The notes under the pieces were generated by a model that had not been told where the DNA came from, searched no databases, and saw nothing but the letters and a program-made list of their open reading frames with translations. The position numbers and the translations under genes are program-made. A DNA stretch of 64,000 nt from the NCBI GenBank assembly GCA_964247055.1, contig OZ176054.1, positions 12,648,001 through 12,712,000 on the forward strand, given 5' to 3'. The stretch is from Paragordius varius. Lineage: Eukaryota > Animalia > Nematomorpha. Below, one piece after another: positions 61,677 to 64,000 of this stretch; position 1 is the stretch's first letter, and each line of letters begins with the position of its first letter.

Positions 61677-62443
61677 TTAGGCAAAAACATTGTTAATAAT
61701 TTTTTCCCAAAAAATTAATTTTGCCGGCTTAAAAAAATCTTTGGTCGTCATAAATTTTCTATAATATTTAAAATTTTATTCTGTAGATTTTCATAAATTC
61801 AGGTCAAGACCTTTTATTAGGGATAGATGCATCTGCCAGCACCATACTTGTAATTCCATTATTTTAGCATGAATGATGGTGAATTATTTAACTAAAATAT
61901 TGATGACGGAATCGTATAATCCTATATTTTTTTAAAAAAACCAAAGGCAATAGGTATGATTTTAAACCATAAAACAGATCCTACAATCCCTACTTTGTAG
62001 AATAATCATTTCATTAGGATATTCAATACCCCCCCCCCCCTTCGCAGTGTAATTATTGCATAAGTTTATTCAAATAAAGAGTAAATATTAGTTTACAATA
62101 TATATTGTGTTAATAATTTAACCTTAACCATGCTTGGTATTATTATCAGATTTTGTTATGATTTGGAAAAAATATAAATGGTATAACACTTTTGTTAAAA
62201 TATTTTAATTGCATTATTAATATTTAAACCAAATCTCGGTCGTCTTTCCAATAGGCGACAAACTGCAAATCGGTGATTACACTATTATAATTTGTTAGCG
62301 TTTTTCATACCCTTATGTTTAAATGTGATAAAATATTTATTAATGCCCATATATTTTTGCAATAAAGCCAACCGGTAATAAAAATTATAAGTGCAACCCG
62401 TAAAGCTGCCCTTTGTGTTGAAGGCCCCATGTATGATTTTCAT
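61677..62443 (-). CDS. Possible small spliced gene, divergent from NSDHL; product unknown
   Basis: Relatively GC-rich islands with open frames and GT/AG borders, e.g. MGPSTQRAALRVALIIFITGWLY (62430-62311), 62281-62230, 61980-61942, 61846-61811 and 61758-61677 (KFMTTKDFFKPAKLIFWEKIINNVFA*). Several mutually incompatible models are possible. Confidence 0.3.
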
Positions 62444-62658
62444 CTGAAACTTATATAACATTTATTAAATTATAAGCTGAAATGCGTATCCTAATCACAC
62501 TATATAAGGCATCTTATTAAGTTATAATTCATTAAAAAAATTTTCACAAAAAAAGCCGAAAATTAAAATTTTATTCAACTTATTTTATAAATTTTACAAT
62601 ATATAATGCGTTTTTGTTATTTTAACATATTGGTCACCATTTTATTATATGGTAAGCC

Positions 62659-63671
62659 ATGTGCTCTACTAAAAATATTTTAGTAATTGGAGGCAATGGA
62701 TTTTTAGGAAAGCACATTGTTGAATATTGCTTAAAAAATAATTTTAAAACATCGGTTTTAGACATTAATCCACCACTAAATAAACATCCAGATGTTGAAT
62801 ACCATGTTGGATCACTGTGTGATGAATCAGTATTTAAAATATAAATAGTTTTAGATTTTAAATTCCTGCTTACCTAATCAATGCTTGGTTATTCATTGCG
62901 CTTCCCCACCAGAATATCTCAATGATTATGATTTATTTGTATCAGTAAATGTCACCGGAACGAAAAATCTTATTAAATGCTGCATAAATAATAAAGTTAA
63001 AGTATATATTTTTATGAATACCATTTCCTAGTTTAGTTCCCAAATTATTATTAATATTCATGAAATTTATCTATTTTAAAATATTTTTTTTTAATTTAAG
63101 CATTTTAACTATACTTATTAACATAATTAATAAATGGGATAAAAATTTAAAAAATTTACCATTGTAAAATTAATTTTTAATTTATATTGTTTCATTAAAG
63201 TGTGTAAGGATCAATTAAATCAAAAAGATCAAAAAACCAATTTTATCTGTTTGAACCAACTTTATGGTGATCCGAATTTTTAAATTAAAGATTCTTAATG
63301 TGATAAAACACTCTTTGAAACATCAAAAAATTGTTAATTGATAAATTTGGAATGTTGTAGAATTGACTTAGTTATTATTGAATAAATCAAAGTGCATATA
63401 GCTAATTTTAAATGTTTAGGGACAAAGCCTAAATAATTTGAAGGTTAATAGATAAAAAAAAGTTTTGATGACCACTAATATAAAGTGTTTGAATACAAAC
63501 TGAAATGTACATTGTTGATTATAAATATTATTTCATGGGTAGAAAATAATTCTGGTAAGTTCAGCCAGTGTAGTTTATGAAGGCACCGACATACTAAATG
63601 GTAAAGAAACGCTCCCCTATGCAACTCATTACATTAGTCCCTACGTGCAAACTAAGATTGAACAAGAGAAG
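62659..63671 (+). CDS. NSDHL: Sterol-4-alpha-carboxylate 3-dehydrogenase (NSDHL/ERG26, extended SDR), first three coding exons; gene continues beyond the window
   Basis: Exons 62659-62829, 62855-63001 and 63543-63671. VIGGNGFLG (Rossmann), [27 protein letters not shown] and catalytic YVQTK (YxxxK). Confidence 0.9.
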
Positions 63672-63693
63672 GTTGATTACTCATGATTATATA

Positions 63694-64000
63694 CCATTTA
63701 CAATTCATATTCACCCTTGAACAATTCAAATTCACCTTTGAACATTTCAAATTCAAATTCACCCTAAAAATAAATTATGAAACTTCGCTCTAATATAACT
63801 CATTATTAAAATTAAATATATTTTTATGGCAAAGTGTTTATTATTTCTTCAGTATTATTTTGATTACATACAAAAATTCTTTTTTTATAAATATAAACAA
63901 AATATAGGTAATATATAATCTTAAAAAACACATAATTTATTTTAGGGTTAATTCGAATTGTTCGAAGGTGAATTCGAATTGTTCGAAGGTGAATTCGGAT
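63694..64000. mobile_element. Family A foldback MITE, running off the window end
   Basis: tata|CCATTTACAATTC, 21-bp arrays, conserved core and start of the right array. Confidence 0.85.

Overview
Very AT-rich eukaryotic genomic DNA, probably from an invertebrate animal (inferred from the transposon content and intron positions). The window is dominated by one 43.5-kb gene for the fused (alpha+beta) NADH-dependent glutamate synthase GLT1/GOGAT. I traced it by hand as 48 phase-consistent GT-AG exons (16707-60246, 7644 nt, about 2547 aa), with all catalytic and Fe-S motifs intact and several large lineage-specific insertions. An intact single-ORF RTE/BovB-like retrotransposon sits in intron 31, with a candidate TSD, a 5' pseudoknot motif, a 3' hairpin and an (AACC)n tail. 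The first three coding exons of an NSDHL/ERG26-type 3-beta-hydroxysteroid dehydrogenase start at 62659, and this gene appears to need a 25-nt intron. Introns and intergenic DNA hold a decayed mariner, two decayed RTE fragments, several MITE/foldback families (one with 21-bp subterminal arrays), tandem repeats and (TA)n tracts. The most interesting signals are the 25-nt intron, repeated tandem echoes of GLT1 exon/intron junctions, very degenerate 5' splice sites, the RTE 5' pseudoknot, and foldback elements that share termini and 21-bp periodicity but not repeat sequence. All analysis was by eye; nothing was searched or computed.
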